From the NCBI GenBank assembly GCA_964016885.1, contig OZ024742.1:138942001-139006000 (forward strand): DNA of 64,000 nucleotides. Direction: 5' to 3'. The notes under the pieces are model-generated. The model was given only the letters and a program-made list of their open reading frames with translations. It did no database searches and was not told the origin of the DNA. The DNA comes from Eledone cirrhosa (Eukaryota). Each line of letters opens with the position of its first letter. Position 1 is the stretch's first letter. Below are positions 23,550-38,700 of the stretch, in pieces. Made by a program: the position numbers and the translations under genes.

Positions 23550-23706
23550 TTACACTGTCATAGAAAAAGAAAATTTTTCTGCATCTTCATCTGGCACTAA
23601 CTGTGTCAATACATTTTGCAAGGATTTCTTTGCTTCAAGTAAGCCAAATTTTGGAAGGTACCTTTGTTTCCAGGTCAGTCTGAAGCTCTCAATTAGCTCC
23701 AGAAGT
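23550..23706 (-). CDS. ANK-GH20 terminal coding exon (LLELIESFRLTWKQRYLPKFGLLEAKKSLQNVLTQLVPDEDAEKFSFSMTV*)
   Basis: tttcag acceptor; FxxxWxxRYxxxGL motif; TAA stop. Confidence 0.82.
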
Positions 23707-26700
23707 CTGAAAAGATAAAGGAAATTAATAGAGATAATATTGTTTCTTACTGTAAAAATGTTAATGGTCAGACTACAAAGATATGGCCACTAGACTTACA
23801 AACACAAGGCAAACAAATGACAGTCTCATTTATATGTCTGGGTAATTTTCTTCTTCACTCATGTATTCCTGTGAGGGTCATGTAGGTAGAATCCTCAGAC
23901 ATATTTTCCAGAGGGTCCTGTCAGAAACAACCATTTACAATTGATCCAGCTGGATCCCCAAGCTTATGGATGTTATCCAACTATCTTGCTCATGGTTAAC
24001 CTTATGGTCAATGTTTTACCTGTAAAATCTATCCAGCAATTCTTTTCTTAGACACCCTAATCACATGTCCATAGTATTTGAGCTATGACTTCTCAATTCA
24101 GGGAAGCAGTGGCTATTCCTGTAGCACATTACTGTACCAGCTCCAGCAATTATTGCATTTAATTCAGCCTCCTGCATTCCATCCCTTGTGTAAATGGCCC
24201 TGAGATACTGAAATAGAATCTCTGATATCTTTTTAGCTAGGCACAACTCTCTTGGTCAAGCTGCCTTATATGTGAGGAGAAAATGTAAAGGAGTGAATAA
24301 TCTTAAGTCTTACTGAACAACCTTTTTAGTGCAGGTGCCATGATTAAATACATCCAATATGTTCTGTTATGTAGTTGGTAAATGAGTGGAGACAATGTAA
24401 GGTTGAGAGGTCCTTTTAATCAGGTTGGGTCATAACAACTGCTCTAGTACTGGTGCCACAATAAAATACACTCAGTATAATCTGCAAAGAGGTTGGTATT
24501 TAGAAGGACATTCAGGTACAGAAGTCCTGTCAAAAATAGATTGAGTGATTCATGGTCCTCTGACATGTCTAGGAGAGCAGAAACACCCAATAAGAACTGG
24601 TTCAAACCCATCCAATCCACACCAGCATGAAAAGCAGGCATATAATGATGACGATAATGCCGACAACTCTCCTGCATTTCAGTAGAGTATAGTGACTTAC
24701 AGAGTTATGCCATTCTTGCTTTCCTAAAGATCCTTACTGGCATAAGTGAAAAGGTCTTAAGCAAGAATTTATAATATGCCAAGGATCTGGTATATTGGAA
24801 ACTAACCTCTTGATCTACAACACTTTTAAAGAAAAACAATTATTCCATGGCAATGAAATGTACTTCTCCTATAGTTGTCTCACCAGAAAGAGGGCATCAT
24901 TAATACCCCTACTTGACGTAAATCCAAACTGCATCTCATCTAAATTGATTCTGTCACTATTACTCTTAAAATATTAGCAACAACAAAATTTAGCAAACTT
25001 TCTCTACAATAAAGTATATATAAAACTGTGTAAGAACCTGTTAGCAAGATCTGTTTTTCCAGTAGCAGTCAAGTTTGTGATTCCGAGGTTTACTATACGC
25101 AGACCAGCTAAGGGATCAGGGTTGCGACCAGCAGTGACCATAGCACGTCCAATCCTGTTATGGTTTAAGGAATCAGAAATTAAGAGCAATATATATGTGA
25201 TGCAGTACAGTATAATATATTAATAAAGTAAAATATAACACAGCCAAAATACTATAAACACAGTATTGCAATACACAATACTATATAATATAGCCCAGAA
25301 TTATACTACAAAACATGGCAGAGTACTACATAATACAACATAGTACAACACAACATGGCAAAGTACTACATAATACAACACAGTACAGTACTACATAACA
25401 CAGTAAAATACTAAACAACACAATACAGAACTACATAACACAGTACAATACTAAACAACACAATACAGTACTAAATAACACAGTACAGTACTAAACAACA
25501 CAATACATAACAGTTCAATACTAAACAACACAATACATAACAGTTCAATACTAAACAACACAATACATCATCATCATCACCACCATCATCATCATCGTTT
25601 AACGTCCATCTTCCACACTTGCATGGGTTTGGACGGGAATTTTCCCACTTGAGGCAAGATTGGTTGTCTTGCTCGTATAGGACTGTCTGGCGGGTTTTCT
25701 ACGGCTGGATGCCCTTCCTAACACCAACCACATTTACAGTGTGGGCTGGGAGGTTTTTACTGTGTTACCTACAAGGCCACATTACAGCGTGGATACAGTA
25801 CAGTACTAAACAACACAATACATAACAGTTCAATACTAAACAACACAATACAGTACTACATAACACAATACAATACTAAACAACACTGCACAGTACTATG
25901 CAATACTGGGGGAGCCTTGTACTCTCAGTTACTTCATGCCACAGAAACCAGCATAAGCACTGGCTTGATTAGTCTCCAGGCTCGAGACAGACTTTCAACA
26001 TTTTAACATCATGTAGTCATTTATCAGGTTTATAAATTCAAATGTTTCTAGATTTTTAATAAAGGACAGATCATAGTGAAAAATTTCAGTACACTAAAGT
26101 AAAGATTTTCGTTTTTAGCAAAACAGTCATAATATTGTTTTGTACTTTTCCAGAATGTTTTGCTAACATGGCTTTATGTGGTCAACAAATATTAAGAAAT
26201 AAATGTACCCTTGTCTATGGAATACTCAGTCACAGAATGTTCATCAATGAATCATAAAGGATCCCTCATTAGAGAATTGAACTAGTTGCTTTATGCTAAT
26301 TGAAATTGTACCGCACTGAACTTCTCAGCTCAAATACTGCCAGGGCTGACTCAATTTATGCTTATTGAACCAGGACCTTACTGAACATCTCAGCTCAAAT
26401 GCTGCCAGCGCTGACTCCATTTATGCTAATTAAACTTGTATCTTACTGAACATCTGAGCTCAAATACTACTACAGTTAACTTTACATTTTATCTTTTGTA
26501 CTAACTAATATATTTTCTTTTATCAGTTATTCTGTGAGGGACGGGTTTGGTGTTGGCAGTGCTCACAGCCTTTTCAGATTAGTAGATAGCAATAATGAGG
26601 TGAAAATAAAAGAGTGAAATTCCAGTTTACATTTTAGAAGTTTAGTTAGTATCATATTTCAATTTTTATTTTATAGCTTATTTTTTTCATATGCAAATAT

Positions 26701-29700
26701 AAGAAACCTAAAAATTAAATAGAAAAATAAATAAAACATCCCTAATCCAACTTATCACAGGACAAGAAAAATAAAAAAAATAAAATTACACAACACCAGA
26801 AGGTATTATTAAAAATAGTGTAAGATATCAAAACAGCATATCAATTAATTATATCTTTTTGACAGAAATCTTACTTTTGACCTGATGTGCAACCTTCAAT
26901 AGTATATTATGTTCTACAGTGGTGAAGACATAGTGTTGTGGTTAAGAAGTTTGCTTTGCAACCATGAGATTTTGGGTACAATTCCACTATATATAGTATC
27001 TATTACACCATAGCTTCAAGCTGACACATGTCTTGTGAATGAATTTGGGAAAGATAAAGCCTGTCATATGTGTATAAAATCATGATCACCATTTATTGTT
27101 ATTTTCCATGCTTGCATGTGTTAGACAGCTTACATGTGTTAGACAGCTTACATGTGTTAGACAGCTTGTATGGGTTAGACAGCTTACATGTGTTAGACAG
27201 CTTGTATGGGTTAGACAGCTTGTATGGGTTAGACAGCTTGTATGGGTTAGACAGCTTGTATGGAATAGACAGCTTGAATGGATTAGACAGCTTGTATGGA
27301 TTAGACAGCTTACATGAGTTAGACACTTGCATGGGTCAGATACTTGTAAATATATCTATGGTAACTACAGCACTTGGGCTAAACCTGAGTAGCCCATCAG
27401 TCAAATCTATCAATTTCAAGCACACAAAAATACCTCAGAATATGATATTTATTCTTGACTTGTAATATTTGCTCAGACACAAGCTGACAAATTCCCACCT
27501 GAACTATCAAAAATAAAATAATCCTGATTGGTTTATTTCACTATGAGTCCAAAGAAAATTTAGCTTTGTTTAACTTTATAATGCTATATGAATAAAATTT
27601 ATGTGCACCCCACCCCAATCTCAACTCCCAAATTTCAGCAGAGTGAAATTAACAAACTGTATATTCAAAAACAGCCTCAAGTAAAAAAGTTCAAAACTTG
27701 GTTATAACTGCCTGCGATCTGTTATCACTAAGCAAGTAACATTGATGTGATGTCTATAACGTGTGTTTATTTGCATATGTGTGTAGTGTATACTATGTGC
27801 AATACTGTGAGTTCATGTGTCTGTGTGTATATTGCATTTATCTGTGTTTTTGTGCATGTGTGTTACCGTTCCAAACTTACTATATATACGTAAGCATATA
27901 TATAAGCATATATATATAGTGCATCTGTGAGTGTTATAACCCATCAGAGCCAATAAAACATTAGAATAATCAATGTAAATCAGTAATCATAGCAACTTGT
28001 TCCCAAGGCTATTCAGAATGACTACCAATCAACTTAGATCATTACAAAATATTTGCTTTGACAATAAAACCTTCACTATCAATATTATATACAAGATTTT
28101 CAGAAGATAGGGAAATAACACAAACATCTGTCATAAATGTCATACCTTACTCAATTTGCTAAAAAATGTTAAAAAAAAACAACAAACAAATTTCTCCTAA
28201 ACCATACCCTGCCATCTTATAGGGGAAGATACATAAAGTCAATGTTTCCAAAATGGGTTGTGCAAAAAGAATTCTGGGGTTCTGCAAGAGAAGATGTCTT
28301 TTGAAAAAAAATTAATAAAAAAATTAACTTTACTTTGTATGAGCAGATTCACTCATTTTTGTTTCATTTAATGTCTCATTCAAATTAGGGTGGTGGAGAT
28401 TGTCCATAGAAAATAGGTAAGTGCATAACTAATTCAGGATAGAATTAACACAGATGAATGGCTTTATGTCAGGTAAAGGTATCACAGATACTCTATGAGA
28501 CAGCTGCAGGAGAAGTACCTAACTAAGAGTAAGCCCCTCTACCAAGCATTTGTTGATCTGGAAAAAGCTTTTGACAAGGTTTGCCACTCCATAATCTGGT
28601 GGGCTCTTAGAAAACCAGGGGTATAGGAATGACTGGTAAGAGTTGTCCAAGCCATGTACAGAGGTGCAGTAAGTAAGGTTAGAGTCAACAATTAATATAG
28701 TGATGAATTTAGTTTTCAGGCAGGGTCCACCAGGGCTCTGTCATCAGGCTCCTCCTGTTTCTTATTGTCTTTCAGGCCATAACAGAGTAAGAGCTGACCT
28801 CATGCAGCTAAACCTTCCAAAGGAGATGACCCAGGACCGAGAAAACTGGAGATATCTCGCAATATGAGGAACTCACCTTCACATGCAAGTGGAATTAATG
28901 CAACAGAAGTAAGATGGCTAACCCAATTACCTCCCTCCACCCTAAACTCGAACAAACACAGAGGTGTTACAACACTCAGCTCTCATCTCCCACCCACCAG
29001 TATACTCCTCGTTAAACTCGAAGAAGCAGAGAGATGGAAAAACTCGCAGGTCCTCACCGGCCAATATACTCCTGACTTCTTCACCCACCCATACTAGCAT
29101 GGAAATCTAAGAGGAAATTTGACTGATTCACCTTCACTGTTGAACCCTTGCACTTATAACACTTTCTCAACCCAGGAAAGCCTGGCACACCCCAAGGTGA
29201 TGGACACAACCCAACCACATGCCCCATACTGCGTACAAATGCCCCTTTTTTTGGTCACCAACATAACCTCCACTTCACCAGCAATGAAATGATGGACCTC
29301 AGCCTGTACACTAAGCACCTTAGTGCTCTAATGAAGTAGTGCTGGTGCTACTATAAAAGCACCCAGTCTACTGTGTAAGCTTTTTGTGTCAGAGTCATGA
29401 TAAAATGCTCCCAGTACACTCTGTAAAATAGTTAGTGTAAGGAGGGCATCCAGCCATAGAAACCATGCTCCCAGTACATGCTGTAAAATGTTTGGCATTA
29501 GGAAGGGCATCCAGCCATAGAATCCAAACCAAAACAAAATATATGAGCAGTCTGGGCACACTACAGTCATCTAACCAATGCAACCATAGAAAATAGAGGT
29601 CAAACAGTGCTGATGACAATGATAATGAACAGGTTAAAATATGGGCCAGATGGGTTGTCAATCTGCCAAGCTCTAGAGTGTCTGCTTTATTTTAAAAAAT

Positions 29701-32700
29701 TCTACTGATAAAGATACATAAACTTGTCAATCTACATACATTAGCTGGTTAGTAAGTAAATGTGGCATGTGCACACAGGTTTCTTCACTTGTAGTTTGAT
29801 TAAATTGTCATGAGATACTTAAATTTTTCCATTAAATATGATACTAAATGATGTTTACTAAATTTTCTTAAAATTTGTACTAAGCCTGAGTAACATTGAA
29901 GAGCTAGGTTCACCAGCGATGTGTGTGTGTGTGTGTTTTCACTTGGGTAACCACTGGCATTTGTTTATATCTTATATGTATCTGGTTCAGAAAAGGTACA
30001 CCATATCAATGCTTATCATAAGAAGTGACTAAAAGGGTTGATATTCGGAAGGGCATTTATCTGTAAAACATTGCCTCAAAAAGTCCCATCCAACCCATGC
30101 CAGCATAAAAAAGCTGACATAAAAATGGTGGATGTAATGACAATGACCATAACCACAATGATGAGTATGTCCCGCATTTCTAAATGCAAAATCTAGTATC
30201 AAAGAACAAGAAGTATTGACATCAAGAAGTGTATCCAGCTGTAGAATATTACTTCCAAAAAGATGAGATCTTGTCTCAAACTATGATAGCACCTCCAACT
30301 CATGCTAGTATGGAAAGCAGGCATATAAATGATGATGAATGTATTTGATATAAACAAATACATTTTCTTACACACACATATTTATTGTTCAGTCATGTCC
30401 ATGCTCCTTTCCAAGGACTATGAGAGAGAGTGAGGTGTGCTAGAGATGGAGGCCTAACCTGCATTCTTACAACACAGTTGACTCTGGTAAAATCATCCAA
30501 GAGCCATGTGGTAATATTAAACCAGTTGATGGGTTAACTCTTAACATCCCGTACCACATGAAACCTCATTAGCAAGACATTCTTAAAAAGTACAAAGCAG
30601 CACTATGACTACATCACATTCAAAAATTAAAGTCCTTAATTTATCTAATACGACAAATTTTTGCAGCAATCAATCCAAGTAAAGATACTATAAACATCTG
30701 AATTAAAAACCCAATTTTAGATATATTTTACTAAATCATTCAGGATGTTAAGAGTTAAAACACCCACCTAAGTAGGTCATAATCAAATTTGAAAAGAGCT
30801 GGAACAAATACTGAAAGGCATCTCATCTAACACTAACAATTCTGCTAAACGACTACCTTTGGACTGCTACTTTATTTTAGTATGGTATGGTCCTGTAACT
30901 CCTGGTGGCATTGTAGGGGTGACATATGGCATTTCTTGGACATTTTAAGCCTGGTAAAGCCCATTCCTATCCATGTCTGAACACAGCAGATTGCTTCCAG
31001 AGAAGCATAGAAAGTGAGAAAGAGACATAGAAGAATCGACCCCAGTACTAGACTGGTACTTTTTTATCAACTGCAAAAGGATGAAAAGCAAAGTTGACCT
31101 CAGAGAGCAGAAAGCCAAAAAGAACACCATAAAGCCGTCTATCCAATGTCCTAACAATTCTGCTAATTCAATCCTAAAATGATGAAAGGCAAATAATTCT
31201 GCAACAATCACCAGATATTATAAATGTTTGTATACAATAATTTTGTTCAAACATGAAGTAACCTTACAACTTGTTCAAGCTTCAATTTTCTTATTTTCTT
31301 TTCATAAATTATTAACAACAAAATTAAAGGATTAACTACTTTTGACAGGGAGCACAAAGCAATGCTTATGATGGTATACAAACCAAAGACACTTTGGCTG
31401 TTAGGCCAGGACATAACTGACTTACTAAGCCACAGTCCTTAATTATAATGGCACTATAATTTCCATTAACCCTTTTGTTACTGTACTTCTAATGAAATGT
31501 ACTACCTAAGTGTTTCAATTAATTTTGAAAATCATTAAATATTTGGAGGAATTTAAGAAAATAATTAATCTTTTCATTATTAAGCTCATGTAAAGGCAGT
31601 GAATTTAGTTACAACCCTTTACATTTTGAGTTCAAATGCCTCCAAGGTTATCTTTGCGTTTCATCTTTTCAGGTTTCTAAAAATAAAGTACCACCCACAT
31701 AGTAAGATCCATGTATCAATTTTTCGCTCCTCACAAATTGCTGGCTTTGTGCCTAGATTAAAAATCATTATTAAGCTGATCTTTGGAATATTATTTAACA
31801 AAACTTTCTTTAGAAATATTTTGATGGAAAGTTTTAATATGGCTATAAATATCTTAAGAGGCGTGTTTTATTTCATAAAAAAAAAACAAGTCTGTTTAGT
31901 ATCAAAGGATTGGCTGAAGTAACTGCTTGTAATACTTGCCGTAATGCCAGGATCATCATGTCTGTTGTGAGAAGTACCTCAGAAATGATTTCTTTTGCTT
32001 GAGGACAATTCAGATGGACACTTGTTATATCATGTTGATGCTTCCGTAGGTGACGATTGGCTCTCTTAAATTAGATGATCAGAAAACAAATTGAATCAGT
32101 AAGCTGAAATAGTTTCAAACTAAGACTCAGGATTTATTACACACACACACACACACACACAAACACACATATATCAATTTGCTCCCTGTGTGAGTGTGTG
32201 TGTGTGTGTGTGTGTCTGTGTCTGTATCATCATCACCATTTAATATCTATTTTCCATGCTTGCATTGGTTAGTCAGGTGAACAGGTCTTGCTTATATGTT
32301 CCATTTTTGGCTTGATTTCTACAACTGGATGCCCTTCCTAACACCAACTACTTTACTTGGAGCATATTTCCTACAGATGGATGGCCTTTTCTAACACTAA
32401 CTACTTTACGGCATGTGGTCAGAACATTTTATCATGACTTTGGCACTAACTACCGCTTTACAGTGTGGACTAGATGCTTTTCTTCATGGTACCAGCACTA
32501 CGATTTTACAGAGGGGGCTGTGTGCATTTTTATCAGAGCAGCATCACTGAGGAGGCATTCATGGGAGTGGAGGAGGGAGAGGGCAGTCATACTGCTATGA
32601 AAGAAGAAATGTCGAGCCATGGAGCTGACCTAGGAGAAAGTGAGTCGTATCTGGCAGTATATTGGGAGGGATGCCTGGCTTACTATGAGAGCTTTCATCA

Positions 32701-35700
32701 ACTACTGCAACCTATGTAGTAGTTGACAATGATGCTGCTACACCAATCGTTGGGTATGACAACATTCTGTATTACCCACTTTACTATACATACAGTTAAT
32801 GTGTGGCCCACCATCACAGATGCTCTCAGTATCTCTGCAACTATTCCTGATGGTTCATCTGCTTTCCTTTTCTTCATATCCCTAATTGGCTTACTTACTA
32901 TATTGTTACTAACTTGGATGGCTGGTCCCTCTACTTGAGGCAAACTATTTTCCTCCAATGCATTCTACTCATTTCTCATTATGGCACTTCAATAATTTTT
33001 CCTTCTCTGGATTGGAGAGAGCAAGCATGCCACTGTCATTCCAGACATACTTCTTGCTAATAACATATGTATTTTCACTAACACACTACCTTGCAATCTT
33101 GAACACCTCACACCTTTGGTCCTCATAGCAGAAAACATATGCAAACTTTATACTTTCTGCTTCACTTTTTGTAGAGTGTACATGGTGCTCAGTTTCTCTT
33201 CTAGCCCCTTTTTATTATCTTCTGCTTCTCCCTTTTTGCCAGTCCTTCCATGCCTATTTCGAAGCTTTAATTGCCTCATCCACCTCACTGATTCACCACC
33301 ATGTTACCATTTGTCTTCTTGATCATTACTCCCACACTGATTTTGTCTGTGGCCTCCAGAAGGTTATCTCTCAGAAACCCCCACTGTTCTTCTATGTTGT
33401 AAGTATGTATCGCATTATCCTTATTGTCAAAAGCGTCAAGCAAGACATCCCTAAATATGTCATGAGTGGAGGGCTCTATCAGCTTCCATGTTCTTCTCAT
33501 CCAAGTTGCTTTCTGTCTCTGAGTTTGTGTAGCTCTTCATTTTAAAGTCAGTAACTACTAGCATATTTTAGGAGGTTCATTCATCACCAGGGACAGACTG
33601 TGTTTAAAACCTTCAGTCTATCTTAACTTCTGGCGAGAAAAAGATTATCTGGCTAGAATGCTCAGCTGGCTGGGTGGTTTCCTGAAGTTAGTGTTGCAGA
33701 TACTCAGACAATTAGCACCACAGAAGTTCATTTCTTGAACTGAATTGAAAACCACCATGGACCCCATGTAAGCCATCAGTGTTGCCCAACATGTCTGTTA
33801 AAATCACCACCATACACCATGGAAAGTGGATGTAAAACGATGATGATCATGATAGTAGACAAAGTTTAAAACAATCCTTACCTGTAAAATATCAGCTGTT
33901 AAGTCTTCTAATCTCGTTTCATCAGGCCGCACAAGGAAATTGATAAGAGTGGAACCATTTTCACAAGGGAGAGAAGTTTGGTCATCATCTAATAAAGAAG
34001 AGATGGAGAAGTCATCAAAAGAGTATTTAGTGGGTATAAGAAAATGAGTTGGGATGAACCATTGAATAAATTGTGGACAGGGACAGCAAAGCAGTGATAT
34101 GTTTCTTTGGGATACATCAGAAAAAAGAAATCAGACTTTCGTTTTTTATAATGCCCACACCAAACAAGGCAATAAAGCCACAAAAATGCAAGGGGTTACT
34201 GAGAATGGACAAGAACAAGACAGAAAGCAAATAATTATATGCTATATATATATATATTGTCCAACACAGGTAAAAATATAAGGAAAAGAAAGTAAAAATG
34301 CAACTGGAGTCTTTTACTGCTTAGTCAAGCAAAGCAATAAAGCCACTAAAATGCAAGGGGTTACTATGAAGGGAGAAAGAAAAAAACAGAGAGAACATAA
34401 TTCAAGGAGAGAGATGATAATTGATGTTGCTTTTGAATGTTTGCAAACTGTAGCAGTCAGGAAAGTAAGAGCAGAAAGAGAATCCATAGACGAATTACAG
34501 ATAATTATTGCAACAAACCAGACATACTGAAAAGTAAAGAGACAAAAGCCAAAGTATCTTAAAAATGACATTATTGTCCTCTCATACACTACGACAGCCC
34601 TAGGTCAGCCATAATTGAGCAGATCTGGCAGAATCGTTAAAGAATAGAACAAATACTTTACAGTATTTTTTCTGATGCTTTGAGTTCAAACCCAGCCAAA
34701 ATCAATTTTGACTTTCATTCTTTCAGGGTTGCTAAAATAAAGTAACAGTTCAGGTCTTTCATACTTTCAGGGCAAAACTGTAAAAGACAAAAGGCATTCC
34801 AAACAAAGCAGGGGTTAACCTTGCAGGCTCTATGACAAGCTTCTTCATTTTGCCCTATTGTCTGCATCCCTCATCACCAATTCTCTGGCTTTCATTTCCT
34901 CCTCCATCATCTTTAGCCATGTCTTTACTGGTTTCCCCCTCCCTTACTTCTGCTTTCATTTCCATCACTCCTCATACTCAGTCACTTTCATTTTTCCTCA
35001 ACATATGACCCAACCATCTCATTCCATTTTTCTTCACGACATTCACCAGCGACTCTACTCCCATCATCTTCTGCAATTTCTTGTTTGTCTTCATTTCTCG
35101 GAGTAATACTCTGCCATTCCACAGAACCATTCTCATTTTTGTTCTTTTCTAGCTTTTTCTGCTGCTCCACATTCATCACCCATCTTTCATGGCAATAAAT
35201 CCTGGCACTTCTCAAACATGCAGCATACACCTTCCTCTTTTTTTTTCTGTGAAACTTCTTTCCTCATTAGCATACACTTTTCAGTTTCAGTAACACTCTC
35301 CTCCTCATTAACATACATACTTCTTTTCAATTTAAATGACACTCCCCTCCTCATTAGCATACACCTCCCTCTTCAGTTTCAGTGAAATTCCCATCCTCAT
35401 TAGCATAAACATTTCTCTTCAGTTTCAGTGACACAACCCTCCTCATTAGCATAGACCTTTCTCTTCAGTCTCAGTGACACAACCCTCCTCATTAGCATAG
35501 GCCTTTCTCTTCAGTCTCAGTGACACAACCCTCCTCATTAGCATAGGCCTTTCTCTTCAGTCTCAGTGACACAACCCTCCTCATTAGCTTGCTACTCCAT
35601 TCTCAGAAGTTCTTCCAGGCACATCTCATTCCAGACACTGTCAATGTGTCACTTTCACCTTCTTCGAAAAGTAAAAAGAAAAAATACAAAATTACAAATT

Positions 35701-38700
35701 AAAAGAAAATTCTCCAATACAAATTAACATTGCTTCTGTCTCTGGTAGGAATTAGCTTCTTACCTGATTTCTTATGGGAACATCGAAAGATATATGTTTC
35801 AATTCTTCCCAGCTCAATGATTACTTGTCCAAACACAGAAGAATCATCACCAAATATGTGTCTATTCATAAGTTCCCCCAGATGGCTGTGAAGAAACTCC
35901 TGCAATGAGTTTTATATAGAATAGGTATTACTGAACAGTAACAGTAACCACTACCACCACCACAATCACCAATCACCATCACCACAATCACCATCACCAC
36001 CACCACCACAATCACCAATCACCGCCACGAACAACCATCACCACAATCACAACCACCACCACAACAATCAAAACCACTACAAATACAACCACCACCACCA
36101 CCACCACAAAGTAAAGCAAAAACAAATTAAATACAAGCGAGCACAGTATGAAAAAATATCATGTAGGGGCCATTATTATAGCCTAGGGTTGTGGATAACA
36201 GGAATTAAAGTCCAAGGGAAGGGGTAGATACAATTTATAATACAAATAACTTACCCTATGTATGTCCTTGTTCCAGGCAAGGCCAGCAGCAATAAGTAAA
36301 CCAGGCCAACAAAATGGTAGGTGAGTAAAAAAGTGACTGCCATTCCAATGGCACACCAATAGACCAAGGCCTGATTGATTAGAGGCACATTTGGCAGCAT
36401 TAAACACATTGGCAACAGCTGCTTCAGGAAAGCCAGCCAGACTATTCCAAGCTGCCGTGCCTGGACAAACATAGAAACCAAACCTAAAAACGACAAACGA
36501 GAATTGTGCATGATTATCAATGTGTATAAACACCAAGTACACACATACATTCACACACTAAGATGTGCATGCACACATACATTCTCACACTAAGATGCAC
36601 ACACACACACAAGTGCATATACAACATTCGCACACTAAGATGCACATGTGTACATACACATTCACAATATACATACACACACATACACACAAGTCTGTTA
36701 AAGTAGAACAGATTGAAGTTACTCAACAAATAAAGCAACATCCTGCAGTGAAGGTAGTTAACACTTCTCACTCGAAACAATTTCTTTATATTCTAACACA
36801 CATATACAACTACCACCACAACAACACTACCATCACTACCACCAACAAGAACAGCACCTCCACCACAACTACAGCAACACCATCATCCAAACATCAACAC
36901 TACCACCACAACAATAACAGCAACAACACCACCATCAACAGCAACAGCACTTCCACCCCTATCAACACCATCAACAACATAAATATTCTATATCTATTAT
37001 ATAATTCCTTGTCTGAAGAATAATGAAAGTCTGAAGAGGAATTAAGAGAAGTTGTTGCCAGAAATATGGTTCATTTGAAGCAAAAGCTTCAATGATATAA
37101 CAGAGCTTATTAAAATATTGCAGATATTAATTGATCTAATTCTTCAATGTGGCTCAGAAACCTGGTCTCAGACGGGTCACTCAGAAAAAAACACTTACAT
37201 AGCACACACATTGAATCTGAGCTGGTGGTCACATCCAACAAGATAATCAATCTACGAAGTCTGTGTCTAATATCCCTCAGACGTAAACAGAAAAGGTTCC
37301 AGTCCACAGGCCATTGTTTTAGGGTGGACAGAGAAGTAATTTCATTGCTTCTCTAGCAGAAACCCTCTGTAAGAGTCCATTGTCAAAAAAAGACTTATCC
37401 AGAGACTAACACGAGATTCAGGAATCCACCTCAGAGAACTGGGGACAGCAATGCTGCATCATATGGTATGGAGAGGAATTGTCAAGAGTGTTTTGCCCAA
37501 ACTGTTCGAAAGATGATGATGAATAATAACAAAATTTCTTATTCAAATACATATGTAAATGAAAATAATGAGATCAAGCAGAGAACATTAAAGAAAAGAA
37601 AAATACATGTGTTTAATATTTTGGCTTCAATTAACTGTAAATGGGAAATGAAAAATTTACAGCAGGAAACCTTTTAAGGCCATTTTCCCAGCTACAACAG
37701 GAGTTAGCTTTGCAAACCACATAATAGTCTTCATATTCATCGTGGAGTCTATTTTGAGGAAATGTAGCTTTTCTTGGTGCCAACCCCTTTAGTCTTTGTT
37801 AAGTTTATTTTGAGGCCCTTCAAGTGCAGATTTTGTCTACATTTATGAAGGCTAAATTGTCAGCATATAGGAACTCCCACAGATAACCAGATATGAATTC
37901 TTCTGTTATGGCCTGCAAGACTATAATAAACAGGAAGGGGTTGATAACTAAGCCTTGATGAATTCCCACCTGCACACTCAACGTGACTCTTCACTCGTTA
38001 ACTATGTACAGCTTGTACAACACTCTCAAGACATTCCTCAATCCTTAGCTTCTAGGCCACCACCAAATTACTGAGTGTGTGATTCTGTCAAAGGCAGCCC
38101 CAAAACCCCAAAACAGGCTTTGTACTCATCATTGTGTCCTTTATGAGGCAATGTTTATGGTCAGATGCCTTTCCATGTGCCAATTCTTTTAATCGCTTCT
38201 TACATGAAGGAATATGGTGTACCTAATCTGAACTGTATATACACACAAAACAACAATGGAAAGAATCACATAATTAGAGAACTTACCCATTATCAGAGTG
38301 GCGCTTGCAGTGAGGCACAAAATCATGAGTGGCCTATAAAAGAAGAAAATACAAATTCACATTCAATGAAAGAATTGTTTTTTTTTTTAATGGAAGTGCA
38401 ATGTTAATGTGTGAAAACGACAAAACATGGATGAACTGAGAGAGAAACTGGGTATAAAAGGAATCAGAAGTAGTGCAGGAGAGGAGACTGCATTGGTATG
38501 TGCATGGATGATGATCGCTGTGTGAAGAAGTGCCACATAATCCCAGTGGAAGGAAGCTGTAGTACCGGAAGTCCTGGATGGATGTGGTGAGAGCCAATCA
38601 TAGATCGCTAAAGGTCATGGAGGAGATGATAAAGGAATACAACAAGTGGAAAGATGATGTACTGAGAAGGACCTGTCCAACCCATGCACTTGTGGAAGAA

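Noticed and set aside
36565-37023. 152-aa His/Thr/Asn-rich ORF
   Set aside because: Made of (CA)n and (CAC/CAA)n low-complexity repeats, antisense within an intron
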